Below, piece after piece: positions 1-14,458 of a stretch of DNA of 64,000 bases (position 1 is the stretch's first letter; each line of letters begins with the position of its first letter). The notes beneath the pieces were generated by a model, which was not told where the DNA came from, did no database searches, and was given only the letters and a program-made list of their open reading frames with translations. Where the stretch lies: assembly GCA_951406725.2 (NCBI GenBank), contig OX597818.1, positions 40,858,001-40,922,000 of the forward strand, in the 5' to 3' direction. The stretch comes from Octopus vulgaris (taxonomy: Eukaryota). The translations under genes and the position numbers were made by a program.

Positions 1-1501
1 AGCTAGAAAGAGACGTTTCCCATAAAAAAAAAAATGTCTGCCAAACAGAAATGAAAATGATGCGTAGCGTTACGTTTAATAATAAATTCCAAAAGTTAAG
101 CAGAAATACTACAAAGTAACAAACGGAAAATTCACACAGAAAACATACTTTCCTCGTCAGTTATCGTCCCAAAAGTCGTTAAACATTTGGTAGGTTCTCG
201 CATAAGTAATAAAGTGAGTTTGATATCTTCAATTACCTAAGATTACCTAAGCAACTCACAGACAATATATACATGATCATAAGATCAAAACGTGTCAGTC
301 GCTTTCACTCTTTGTATTGAAGATTAGATCCAGTTCAATCTGCACTTTTCATTGCCCAAAAATTTCACTCAACTGGCCTTTTGTGAGTTGTCTCCCTTGT
401 ATATACTATTTAGATTTACCACCTAAAGATTTGGCGCCTATTTCAATTGCTGAGATATTCTCAAATGATTTTTTTTTATCTTACTGTATTACAAGTGCGA
501 GCCTCTACTGAATTTGCTTTTAGTAAGCAGAACACACCATTAAGTTATACCCGCACGGCATATTGTTTTATTGTTGTTAGTGAATAAGACTTAAGATTTG
601 GAGATAATTATACTGCTATCGCTAATTACCCAGCTATATCATAGTTTATCCAAGGGAGTAACTACGATATAGAAGGAAGTACAAGAGAAAACAACCTTTA
701 AGGTGGGACGCAACTGGGTGGTCATTGAACCAAATGTTGAGTTGCTGTTCGATGTTCTTACGCAAAGCCACAAATATATGAAGCACTCAAGCACACACAG
801 TATGCTCGCGCGCGCGAGTGTGTCTGTGTATGTGTGTGGGTGTGTGTATGCGTACGCTAGGAACATTTATGGTTGTGCATAGAAAGGCAGTATACGTGAC
901 AAAGGGAAAAAACTAAGGTTGTGACTTGGCAAGGTCGTTAAAGCGGTGGACAAAATGCCTTGCGGGGCTCTCTACGTGCTGAGTTCAGATGACACCGAAG
1001 TCAACCTCGGTGTCATCTGAACCTTTTATTCTTTCGGGGCTGAGAAAAGAAAGTACCATTTCAGAGCAGTGGATTGATGCGTTTGTTAGAGCATCGGATG
1101 CAATGATTTCTGGCTCTTCGCGCTTTTTAGCAGTCTGAGTTCTTAGGAGGTTACTAGTTACCTGGTTTAACACTACGCAGTTCCTATGTGACTTTACCAG
1201 AGTCTACGCTGTAACAAGCATTCAAGTTTCCTATCAAATTTAGGGACACCGTTCTCGCTTTCTTCGAACAGTTTCATAAAACTATGTCATGGCCACACCC
1301 TTTACCCCACTGACTAAAGGGTAACGAAAGAGAAAAACCTCAGAATGTAGCATTGTTGTTAGACGTGTTGTAAGGTCAGATGTAATGTAATAGATAGATC
1401 ACAAACAGGGAAAAGTTATATACTGTGAGAACAAGGGAAAATCAAACGCTTTGCACTTGGTCCTTAATCTGAGGCGCGGACAATTTCTACCAACACTAAC
1501 T

Positions 1502-1667
1502 GGCGAAGGTATAGAATACGCACACCACCCATTTTCGGCGTTTGAGGTTAGGGTTAGGGTTAGGGTTAGGTTTAGGATTAGGGTTAGGGTTACGTTTAGG
1601 GGTAGGGTTAGGGTTAAGATAAGGGTTACGCCAAAAACGGGGAGTGTGCGTATTCTTCAACTCCGCC
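1502..1667. mobile_element. Foldback/MITE-like element: 40-bp imperfect inverted repeats enclosing a telomere-type array
   Basis: Left arm 1502-1541 (ggcgaaggtatagaatacgcacaccacccattttcggcgt) matches the reverse complement of right arm 1628-1667 at 32/40 positions. No TSD recognised. Confidence 0.6.
1548..1625 (+). repeat. Interstitial telomeric-type (TTAGGG)n array
   Basis: 13 hexamers in unbroken register, 7 of them perfect TTAGGG. Confidence 0.9.
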
Positions 1668-2344
1668 CACCATTACATATTTAGAGTATTGTATAGAACT
1701 ATATTATCTATAGCTTTTCAAACGATAGGGTTGGAGGATGTTTGGCTGCTATTTCTACTACAAAAGACTACATCATTCACTCTAAGTAAGTAAAAGTTTT
1801 GTCATTTTACCCACACGTCAAGCTTAATTGAGTGGTGAACAGACGAATGTTCAAAGTCGTTCCAGATATGGCTGTCTATAAAACTTTTCTTTCCTTTTCT
1901 TTTCGTTTCCTTTTCTCTTCGTTTCTATTTTTCTTTTTTTTTTTTTCATTTTTTGTATACCAAGGACGACACTCAAGCATCCCTTTCAGACAGTCCGGTG
2001 GCATTTGAAAAATATATGGTTGCTGTTTCTTGCAGATCGAGTGACTACATAGATGCATCAACCCCATTGGGCTGAAAAATAATTCGTTGCTGCTGATGGC
2101 CCAAGGCCATCTATGATCCACTAGATTTATGATCAAAAGTATTCATACCCGTATTCATCTTAACAGATTTTCGGAGAATATATCGACAACTATATTGTGT
2201 AATATGACCTTCCTTATTCTGAAAATGTAGGGTATGATTCCAAGTGTGATTCCAGCCGAGGTAAATATATCTAGATTACAGTAGCAAGTGATAATTATTT
2301 GGAAAGAAATGTTTAGAACGAAAATGGTCGTGATATTAAATATT

Positions 2345-2525
2345 TATTTCCTTATTGCTCACAGGGGGCTAAACATGGATGGGACAAGGACAGACAAAGG
2401 AATTACGTCGAGCACCTACATCGTTAAGAATAATAAAATATATGCTTACATATTTAATCGACCCTGAATGGATGAAAGGCAAAGTCGACCTCGGCGGAAT
2501 CTGAACTCAGAACGTAACAGCAGAC
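2345..2525 (-). mobile_element. SINE family B, degenerate partial copy
   Basis: Reverse complement of gttctgagttca..ttccgccgaggtcgactttgcctttcatcc and of the tttagccccct..gag tail; compare 18645-18870. Confidence 0.75.
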
Positions 2526-2549
2526 AATGAAGAAAATCAAAACGAATGC

Positions 2550-2910
2550 CTTTTACCTGTTTCATTCATTAAACCGCGGCTATTGTGGGACACCGACTTG
2601 AAGGGGGTTTGTCGAACAAATCGACCCTAGTACTTGTTTTTTAAAGTCTGGTATTTATTCTATCTGCCACTTTTGCCGAAATACTGCGATACGAGGTTGT
2701 AAACAAATTAACACCGGTTCCCAAGTGGTGGACGAGGGCGGGCAAAAACACAAAGACAAACACGCATGTACAAATACACACACACACACATGCAAGGGGT
2801 TTCCACTCAGCTTCCGTCAAACCAATTTCAATCACAAAGTGACACGCATAGTGATCGAACCCTGAAACCACGTGACCAGAAAACAAGCTTCTTAACCACA
2901 CAGCCAAGCT
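2550..2910 (-). mobile_element. SINE family A, degenerate copy
   Basis: Diverged matches to the family A head (aagcttcttaaccacacagcc) and 3' body (gtcgaacaaatcgacc..agtact). Confidence 0.65.
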
Positions 2911-3522
2911 TGCACTAGACAGTGCTGAATACAAAATTACCGCCATGATGATATCGTATTGTCCGTTGGCAGTGATGTCTTGAGGCTTAGTTTGACGCTG
3001 GAGAATGGGAGGTGGTGTTATGTTTCAGTAGAATAAATCGAAGGAAAAATGTCTCATTTTGTGGATCACTTCATAGGGTTCATCTGTTAACGAGCCTCTC
3101 TGTGTATTATATGCCTTATCATTAGTTGAACTAACATTATATCGATCTTCCTTCGATCAAATAATATGTCGAAATGGACGGGGTAGGCTTACACTATGCA
3201 ATCATCTTGCGATCGAAGCTATATTTAACAGCTAACGAATATCGAAAAATGGCGTCGTACTGTAAAATCTAAAAACCATAAAATAGTTTTCCTATATCAA
3301 CTTGTAACGGTAAGTTATTGAACAACGATATACCTTCCACTATAACCCATATATATAAGAGTAAGGAATGTATTCATACGATCGCAGACATAGAAACACA
3401 CACACATATATATACACACATATATACACACGCGCAAAAAGATATATACATATGTGTGTATACATGATATCTGTCTATGCCTGGTATGTATGTATGAATA
3501 TGAATTTATGTATATATCTATG

Positions 3523-3997
<475 letters not shown>

Positions 3998-4323
3998 AAA
4001 CGAGACAGAGGAGTGAATAATTAAATGAGAGTAGAGTGAGAGGAGGATGTTTCACATACAAGACTAAAATCCAGATTTTGAAACATTAGATATAAGTATA
4101 CAGCAGTATATTTGTAAGATATATTAAACTTGTATGAAAGCGTGTAGTAAATACATGAATAATCATATGTGTATGTGCGTGACTACGAGTGTAATTGCCT
4201 ATGCGTATGCATGTCTGTGTGTGCACGCAGGAGCACCTCTGCTATTAAGTTTACTAGGAATAACCTGAGCATTTGTTTGTACATACTTTTAGCATTACAG
4301 ATTGATTCCAGGATGTATGGGTA

Positions 4324-4542
4324 CAGTAACCTCTCGCCATATCGCGGTTCATCTATCGCGGTTTATTATTTAAGCTCATGTCGATTCAGCTGTGGACTTG
4401 TTTTGCAATTATGGTAAAATGAATGCGTACAAATTACAAAAATAATAAAAAATATATAAATACTTCAGTTTCTATTTCGCGGATTTTCACCTATCGCGGG
4501 GTATTTAAGAACGTCACACCCGCGGTTGTCGAGGTATCACTG
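4324..4542. mobile_element. pogo/Tigger-like MITE
   Basis: TA|cagtaacctctcg ... cgaggtatcactg|TA imperfect TIRs with TA TSD; repeated internal tatcgcgg/ttcgcgg motifs. Confidence 0.65.
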
Positions 4543-4555
4543 TATATGCGCCCGT

Positions 4556-5025
<470 letters not shown>

Positions 5026-5186
5026 TATATAACATTATATGAAAATGGATGAACGCAGATTGAACAGAAATCGTTTTATCATTCTACACGTGTTTCGAAA
5101 GGCACAAATTATCGATATAATATATGGAAAACAAAAACAGGAAGAAAACAAATATATATCCCCTTCTGTTTTTGTTTTTCCAACGG

Positions 5187-5235
<49 letters not shown>

Positions 5236-5330
5236 ACACCATATGGTTGTATATACTGCTGTGATTTTTGCTATAAGGTATCGGTTAAACTTTTGATTAA
5301 TCTACTACAAGATTATTCATCTTTCTATTT

Positions 5331-5473
<143 letters not shown>

Positions 5474-5589
5474 AAATCCACTCACAGGTTTTGGTCCTCC
5501 TGGGTTTATAGCAGAAATCACTTGTTCAAAATGCGATGCAGCGGGACTGAATCCATGACCACATGATTCGAAAGCAATCCTCTTAGCTT

Positions 5590-5945
5590 GAGGGATATTG
5601 GTATCAGATTTCCGTAGATGTCACTAAGTATTAGGTATTTTCTCCAACTGATGTTGCGTATATTTCTGAGCAGGTTGGTATATGTTCCATCTAGTTTGTT
5701 TTTCTAAGAGAACCGACAAGGTCCAGGTCTCTGATCCATAGAGAAGGACCGGCTCAATCAATGCTCTAAATATTTTAACTTTTAACGTGGGTGGAAGGTT
5801 TGAGTGCCAGTTCTTATCAAGTCTGTTACATGCACCCCAAGCAAGAGCTTTGCAGATGCGAAAGTCCTTTTGGGAATCTTCTATGTGTGTTCCAAGATAT
5901 TTGAAGTCGTCAACGTTTTTGATTGATATATTATTGAGCAATTTA
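5590..5945 (-). pseudogene. RTE-clade non-LTR retrotransposon RT C-terminal fragment
   Basis: ORF 5624-5941 reads VDDFKYLG...ALAWGACNRLDK.W.S...LKVKIFRALIEPVLLYGSETWTL, the FKYLG / LLYGSETW signature of RTE-type LINEs; similarity decays afterwards. Confidence 0.85.
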
Positions 5946-6426
5946 AGTTCAGTTAACTTGGAGGAAGTCGTGATAAACTCTGATATTGATGTAATCGACT
6001 AACCCGCTTTCACAAAATGTCAGGCTTTGTGCCTTTAGTAAAAAGGGATGGGCGGTATGCTGGAACGCACAATCCTTAGCACTCCGGGCAAAAATGCTTA
6101 GAGGCTTTTCGTCCGTTCTTACGTTCTTTCATTATCTGTCTACAAAATCCGCTCACAAGGCTTTGGTCGACCTGAGGCTATAGTACAACTCACTTGCTCA
6201 AGGCATCATGCTGTGGAACTGAACCCGAAACATTGTGGTTATACAGTAAGAACATATTTATTAAAAGATTTTATGTATGTATGTATGTATGTATGTATGT
6301 ATGTATGTATAGCTATGTATGTATAGCTATTCTGGGATATTAACGTTTATGTTTATGCCATGTAATCCATAAAAAACAATTTACTTTACATATTTGTAGA
6401 CTTCATTAGTCTTCTAGAAGATCGGT

Positions 6427-6470
6427 GACTCTAACTTCGAAGTTTCGGCCTTCCAGCCTTCATCAGACTG
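6427..6470 (-). ncRNA. Hammerhead ribozyme-like motif (stem I degenerate)
   Basis: Minus strand: CUGAUGA-A-GGCU-GGAA-GGCC-GAAA-CUUCGAAG-UU. Canonical core, GNRA-closed stem II, palindromic stem III (AACTTCGAAGTT); stem I only 3/5 paired. Confidence 0.55.
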
Positions 6471-6759
6471 TGTTAAACTTGCGTTATTTTTGGCTTTATA
6501 TAGTTTTTGGCAATTTGGTTTTCTCTAGTAGGTGTAACTATGTGAAACGATAATTGGGTTTGGTGGATGGGAACGGGGATACAAGAGGTTAGAAAGAAAG
6601 TGTTTGTGAGAGTATGTGAATATGTATGTATGCATGGGTCTCAGGGAGGAGGAAACAACAGTCTGTTGTCTCTAGGTCACTTATATAAGCATCACACTAC
6701 ATTGAGTTCTATGATACACTTACGGGATTTTAATGCAAAATATGTTAAGTAGTGATACA

Positions 6760-7150
6760 TGACGGCATACTGGCAGAATCGTGTTAGCACACCGGCCGGA
6801 ATGCTTACTAGTATTTCGCCCGCCTTCACGATCTGAGTTCAAATCCCACCGAAATCGATTCATGAAATAAGTACCAATCGAGGACTGGTATCGATATAAT
6901 CGGCTAATCCGCTCTCACAAAATGTCAGGCATTGTGCCTTTAGTAGAAAGGGATCGGCAGCATACTGGGGGAATCTTTAGCACCCCAGGCCAAAATGCTT
7001 AACGGCTTTTCGTCCGTTATCACGTTCTGAGATCGACTTTGCCTTTCATCCTTTCGGGGTCGATGAAATAAAGCACCAGTCGAACACTGCAGACGGTTTA
7101 ATCGACTGGAACCTCGCCCAAATTTCAGGTCTTGGGCATAAGGAGAAAGG
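6760..7150 (+). mobile_element. Two tandem degenerate SINE family B copies (alternative aaatttcaggccttgtgcc-type tail)
   Basis: Heads ctggcagaatc..ttagcac, bodies gagttcaaat / gactttgcctttcatcctttcggggtcgat, tails aaatgtcaggcattgtgcc..gtagaaagg. Confidence 0.75.
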
Positions 7151-7164
7151 GGCTCTCTACCCCC

Positions 7165-7383
7165 CTTTTGACCAGGCTCCCGTGGCTTTTATGGGTTTTT
7201 CCACGAGTAACCTTTCGAAACGCCTCCCCCTTTTGGGAATTTCAATTGTTATATTTTCGTTGTTATCTCTGGGATTTTTACACGGTTTTTTGCAAACGGA
7301 CAAAACCCTTTGTAACTTTCGTCCTGTATTTTGGCCCTTAATGTTTTAATTAATTTTTGTCAGCCCTTGTGGCCAATAAACGC

Positions 7384-7385
<2 letters not shown>
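7165..7385 (+). mobile_element. 3'-UTR fragment of an L1/Tx1-like LINE relative, followed by (ATT)n
   Basis: ttgacc..gg.t.ccgtgg...ttccacg.gtaa.cc and cagccc.tgtggccaataaa match the 3' UTR at 26293-26606. Confidence 0.7.
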
Positions 7386-7440
<55 letters not shown>

Positions 7441-7631
7441 GAGTAGTAGTAGTGGCGGTATCATTAATATAGATATACATCTACAAATTTATTAGACAGA
7501 CACGTGTGTACGTGTGTGTGCGTGCGTGTGTGTATGTGTGTGTGAGTGCATGCATGTGTGTATGTGTGAATGCAACAAACTTAATGCTATTTTCTGCTTA
7601 TTCATCTGTACAGATTTATGTATATATATAG

Positions 7632-7782
7632 CCGCAGGTGTGACTGCATGGTAAGAAGCTTGCTTCCCAACCACAAGGTTCCAGGTTCAGTCCCACTGCG
7701 TGGCACCTTGGGCAAGTGTCTTCTGCTATAGCCTCGGGCCGCCCAAAGTCATTTGGTAGACGGAAACTGAAAGAAGCCCATC

Positions 7783-7827
<45 letters not shown>

Positions 7828-8080
7828 CTGCTATAGCCTCGGGCCGCCCAAAGCCATTTGATAGACGGAAACTGAAAGAAGCCCATCATATATACATATA
7901 TATGTGTGTGTATGTGTGTGTGTGTATTTTTGAGTCTGTGTTTGTCGGCCCATCATCGCTTGACAACCGATGTTGGTGCGTTTACGTTCCGTAACTTAGC
8001 GGTTCGGCTAACAAAGAATAAGTCCCGAAGTTGATCTGTTCGACAAAAAGGCTGTGCTCCAGCATGGTCGCAGTCAAATA
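7632..8080 (+). mobile_element. SINE family A with internal partial duplication
   Basis: Family A head and body; the segment ttctgctatagcctcgggccgcccaaag...gaagcccatcatat occurs twice (about 7721-7786 and 7826-7891), separated by (GT)n. Confidence 0.85.
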
Positions 8081-8421
8081 TCTATAAAAGGATATATTCG
8101 TATGTTTATGTGTAGATATTTATACACAAAAGCATTGATATATAAATAAATTCATGTATCAATGAGATACAAAATTTTTGGATACGGATGTAGACGGAAG
8201 AAGAAAGACAGACCGACAGACATACAGGCGCACAGTTAGACTAAGTAAACGAAGGATCGATGTATTGATATAGATCGAAGCAAGGTATATAGAGGTGTAT
8301 ATCCAGAATAATAGGTAAGCAATACATTATGGTTTACAGCACTTTCAGATTCATACTTTTAGTCACAAAAAATCATAAATGTACACTTACAAACGGATAT
8401 ACAAAGACAAAAACGTAACTT

Positions 8422-8536
<115 letters not shown>

Positions 8537-8850
8537 GTGTATATATGTATATAGGCAGGTGTGTATGAATATATATATATATATTTACATATATGTGTTT
8601 CTGTGTGTGTGTGTAGGTGTGTATACTTTTATATATATGCACTTATATATATATTCTATATATTCAATATTATATATATATATATACGTATATGTATGAG
8701 TGTGTGTATATATATATAAGTATATCTATATATGTATAAATATATATATGTGTGTGCATATATATATGTATATATACATCCCTCTATCCATCTACCTATA
8801 TATTTAAATGTGTGTATGTATGAATGTATATATGTATATATATGTATGTA

Positions 8851-8926
<76 letters not shown>

Positions 8927-9542
8927 TTTATTTATTTATTTATTTATTTACATACACACACACAAGCACACATATATATAAACTCACATATAGATATGTA
9001 TGCGTATGTGTGTGCATGTATTGAAATATATACATATATACACATACAATGTATACATGTATACATACACACATGCCACGGAGACACACTCACACACATA
9101 CACACACGCATACTCATACACACACACATACGCACACACACACATATATGTCCATAAACACATCAGGATATATATCCATTTGTTTAAATTATTACTGTTA
9201 TTAATTACGCCTATATCAATTCCGACGGAGCACGTTTATCATCAAAGCTTTTCCAAATATGGCCATCACGTATATTTACTTAATCGGGTTGCATATTTTC
9301 CAGTAATGTCCTTCCCTTATCCACACGTTTTGATTTAGCTTAAGCTGAATTATCTGCTATTTCTAGCAGATCGAGCAATCCAATCAGTAATGCGTTTTAG
9401 CAAGAGATGACACCTTTTCTATTGAATGTATAAACGATGGTATTGTCACCTTATCTTATCTCACATTGCATTCTTCAATATGGCTTTACACAATGATTTG
9501 GCTGCTATTTCAGGCGCGCCAGGTGACCACATACAGGCCGCC

Positions 9543-9594
<52 letters not shown>

Positions 9595-10077
9595 CTTTTT
9601 TCTACATGTGAGTGTGTACTTCCTATTTTATTTGCTTTCCACTTGGTTGTGAACCAAGGAGGAAGACACCTTACAGTAAGAACATATTTATTAAAAGATT
9701 TTATGTATGTATGTATGTATGTATGTATGTATGTATGTATGTATGTATGTATGTATGCATGCATGCATGTATGTATGTATGTATGTATGTATGTATGTAT
9801 GTATGTATGTATGCATGCATGCATGTATGTATGTATGTATGTATGTATGTATGTATGTATGAATGTATGTATGTATGTATGTATGCATGTATGTATGTAT
9901 GTATGTATGTATTTATGCATGCATGTATGTATATATGTATGCATGTATGTATGTGTGTATGTATGTGTGTATGTATGTATGTATGTATGTATGTATGTAT
10001 GTATGTATGCATATATGAATGCATGCAAATATGAATGTATGTATGTATGGTTATATGTATGTATGTTATCATCCTCT

Positions 10078-10191
10078 CGGGGTCGATAAATTAAGTACCA
10101 GTTGCGCATTGGGGTCGATATAATCGACTTAATCCGTTTGTCAGTCCTTGTTTGTCCCCTCTGTGTTTAGCCCCTTGTGGGTAGTAAAGAA

Positions 10192-10193
<2 letters not shown>
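10078..10193 (+). mobile_element. SINE family B 3' half (Tx1-like tail)
   Basis: tcggggtcgataaattaagtaccagtt...gtccttgtttgtcccctctgtgtttagccccttgtgggtagtaaagaaat inside an (ATGT)n array. Confidence 0.85.
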
Positions 10194-10226
<33 letters not shown>

Positions 10227-10503
10227 TGTATGTATGTATGTATGTATGCATGCATACATGAATGTATGTATGTTTGCATGTTTGAATGTATGTATGCATA
10301 TATGAATATATGTATGCATGTAGTTATGTAAGCATGTATGCATGTATGTATGCATGTATGAAATTTTAATGTATGTATGCATGCACGCATGCAAGTATAT
10401 ATGTATATATGTATACATGCACGCAAGCATGTATGCATGTATGCATGTATTCATGTACGCGTGAAGATATATATGTATAATGTAATCTATACATAACCTA
10501 TGA

Positions 10504-10579
<76 letters not shown>

Positions 10580-10885
10580 GTATGTAATCTATGCATAACT
10601 TATGAATGTAGGTTGTAGGTAGAAATTAGGTAGGTAGGTAGGTATGAATGAATGCAAATATATATGTTCATATGTATGTAATATTGTATGTAAGCACGTA
10701 TAAATGTATATAAATGTACTCATGCATGTGTATCATTATACTCAAATGTGTATATGCTGTAAGAACTGTATATATTTATGTATAGGTAATTGTATTATAT
10801 AATATGATTATGTTACACCACTATGCTTACAGTATCCCAATAAAAGAATAAATGAAAGTGTTCTATGTGTGTATGTATATATATA

Positions 10886-10997
10886 CGAGAGGTGTATGAG
10901 GTCCCAAAAAACAAAACATGGTACAAGACTTCTGATGAAGGTACAAGACTTCAAGGCTCAAACGCTTTGATAGCTCAAAACTTTTCATACACCCTTC

Positions 10998-10998
<1 letters not shown>
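10886..10998. mobile_element. Short Tc1/mariner-type MITE remnant
   Basis: TA|cgagaggtgtatga ... tcatacacccttcg imperfect TIRs; internal direct repeat ggtacaagacttc. Confidence 0.5.
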
Positions 10999-11057
<59 letters not shown>

Positions 11058-11156
11058 TGATAGATAGATAGATAGTTAGATAGATATACATATATATATA
11101 TGCATATATTTATATACATACTTATATACGTGCATACATATATATGTGTATGATAC

Positions 11157-11188
<32 letters not shown>

Positions 11189-11240
11189 TTGTATGTATGT
11201 AGATATGTAGGTAGGTAGGTAGGTAGATAGACAGACAGAC

Positions 11241-11297
<57 letters not shown>

Positions 11298-12151
11298 TAC
11301 ATATATATATGCATATATATATATACATACATACATACATACATACGTGTATACAAACATACATATATACATACATACATGCATACATACATGCATGCAT
11401 GCATGCATACATACATGCATACATACATGAATATGATGGGCTTTGCTTGCATTTTAAAATGTAATATTCTCGGTCGAGTATGTAATTCGTTTGGGACAGA
11501 TATCACGGAGACGAACATTTTTTTAACACCAAATTTATAGACAGTCAAGATACTGCACCAGTAATACACACGGGGAGTCTAAATAAAATAAAATAGCGGT
11601 CCTCATGTCTAGTGTGAAACCAGGAAATATAAGGAATATAAGAATCCTTGTATTCTATACAGCGTCCGTCAAAATTTCCAACGGGATTGCCTTTAGCGAT
11701 ATCATCCGTATCTAACGTTGAATTTTTCAGCCACAGTTTATAATTGAAAAGAATATGTATGTCCGTATGTGTCTAACATGCAAGAGCGTGTGCGCCGTCG
11801 CGTGTAAGCGTAGCGCTCGGCAGCCTGTATGTAAATTGCACGACTGTGTGTCAGTCAGTTATTGTCAGTGTGTATGTGTGTGTAAATGGGTATGTGTGTG
11901 TGTGTGTGTGTTTGTGTGTGTGGATTTGTGTGTGCTTACTTGATCGCGTTTGAGTCTGTATATATATGGGTGTGTTCCTCTGTGTGTATGTCTGGGTAGT
12001 GTGTGTGTGTTTGTGTGTGTGTGCGTGTGTTCGTGTAGCCATGTGCACGCGCGACTTACTGCATGTGTCAGCGTACACTTGCTGTGTGCGTACGCGTGCG
12101 TGTTCAGTATTTGTATCAGAAATACTTTGTGATAGATAGAAATACAGATAG

Positions 12152-12224
<73 letters not shown>

Positions 12225-12241
12225 CAGTTAGACAGATAGAC

Positions 12242-12291
<50 letters not shown>

Positions 12292-12381
12292 TTAAAATAT
12301 ATATGTATATATATATATGTATGTATATATACACACGTATATATATATATGTATGTATACACATGTATGCATATATGTATG

Positions 12382-12431
<50 letters not shown>

Positions 12432-12433
12432 TG

Positions 12434-12471
<38 letters not shown>

Positions 12472-13449
12472 TCTGTCAATATATTTATATAAAAATACCA
12501 AGTTTAATATATGCAGAAAATTCACATGAAACCTGAAGTTATGTGTGTGTTTGTATGTATGTATGTATGTATGTATACATGTATAATATTTATGCATAAT
12601 CCATCCATGCATTCATATATGTATGTATATATGTATGTATATTGTAACCTAAATAAATAATCATATTTTTGTATTAACAATAGAAGATAAATGCGTGGGA
12701 GAGTGGGTGTGTGTGTACGCGTTTTATATATAATATATATATATACATTTATATGCATATATATACATATAATATATACATTATGTGTAGGCGTATGTAG
12801 GTGTGCTAATAGATACATGACTTTATGTATATATATATACATATATATATATATTTGTATTAATCTTTGAGAGTATATGTGTACGCATGTGTTCGTATGC
12901 ATCGTATCTTTGAATGCATACGTATTTATATTCCTACATATCTGGTCATTAGTAAGTAAGTGTCCGTTTATCTTTTACTTCTGTTCATTTTTAATTCATC
13001 TTTCTACCCTTTGTTGTTCTTTTTTTTTTCCTTTTGCTTCTCAGGGTTGTTGTTTTTTTTTCTTTTAAATAAATTCATCAGCTAGACAAAAGTGCTTTTC
13101 ACCAGCCGCAAAAAACTGTTGTTAGTCTTAAAGTGAGGCTGTACCGTTTGGCTCCGATTCCTGGTGAGGCTGATTTTTTTTTTTTTATATATATTGCGCT
13201 TATTCATAGAATGAGTGTGTGTGTGTGGAATTTAAGTTGGGTTTAAATACTGTGTGAGTCTGTAAACTCTTGTATTCTGTGTATACGCTTATATATATGT
13301 ATATATATTTTTGTTTTTATATATTTATTCCCTGATTGCTTTAAAAAAAAACGTCCCTAGCATACGATTTGAAAAACGGATAAAAATTATAAACTACAAA
13401 AATATACACGCTCACACACATAGATTAATACACACACACATATATATAT

Positions 13450-13499
<50 letters not shown>

Positions 13500-14035
13500 C
13501 ACAAGGGAGTAATCATTTCGGCTTACTACAAGAATCGAACAATCTAATCGATCTGTGTTTATTTATTTTCGTCTATTCCCTGTATTTCGTTCTTTCCTTC
13601 TCATCCTTACATTTTTTCCTTTCTTTTCCTCTTTCTTTCCTTCTTCTTTTTCTTCTTCTTCTTCCTTTCTTTCTTTCGCTTCTTCTCACTTTCCTTCTCT
13701 CTTTCTTTCTTTCTTTCTTTCTTTCTATTTTTAATCATACTTTGCTCTCCCTTTCGACTTTTGGAACTTGTCCTTCCGGACTTACTAGAAGATTAAGCTA
13801 ACCGAAAACGACGTTTGTGAATTTCTTTACTACCACCACCACCACCACCACCACCACCACACCTCCACCACTGGCACCACAGTACTTCTTCCTCCTTCTC
13901 TTCTACTCCTTTCTCTCCTTCCTCTTCTTTTAAATCTAATCTTTCGTCATCTTTTTTCAGTTGCTCTTGCATCCATTCTCCCTCTCTATCCGTCTCTCTC
14001 TCTCTCTCTTCATCTCTTCATATATATATATATTT

Positions 14036-14111
<76 letters not shown>

Positions 14112-14458
14112 ACATACACATGCGCATACAGGTACACACGTACACACTTCCACACACAACATACACAGACACAGACTCACACGTACGCACGCGCAATAAG
14201 CACGCAGGCGTACACGAACGCATGCAGAAAAGCACGCACGCGCATACATACTTTCGTTATTAACTAACACATCCTACTCACATCGTGTAGGCACGGGTAC
14301 CCGAGGACGGCAAGCCAGCTTAAACAAGCCACCCCATACACAAACTCCGTACCCTTTCAACAGTCACAGAGGTACGTACTAAAACCCTTTGATCATTTCA
14401 ATTTCTTCTCTCTTTTCTTTCTTTTGTATATATTTTCCTTCGCTGATTCTAACGAGCT

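Noticed and set aside
1548-1625. True chromosome end
   Set aside because: Short, degenerate, internal and flanked by ordinary sequence on both sides.
10932-10975. CTGATGA as a hammerhead core
   Set aside because: No stem II-GAAA-stem III follows; it sits between direct repeats inside a MITE remnant.
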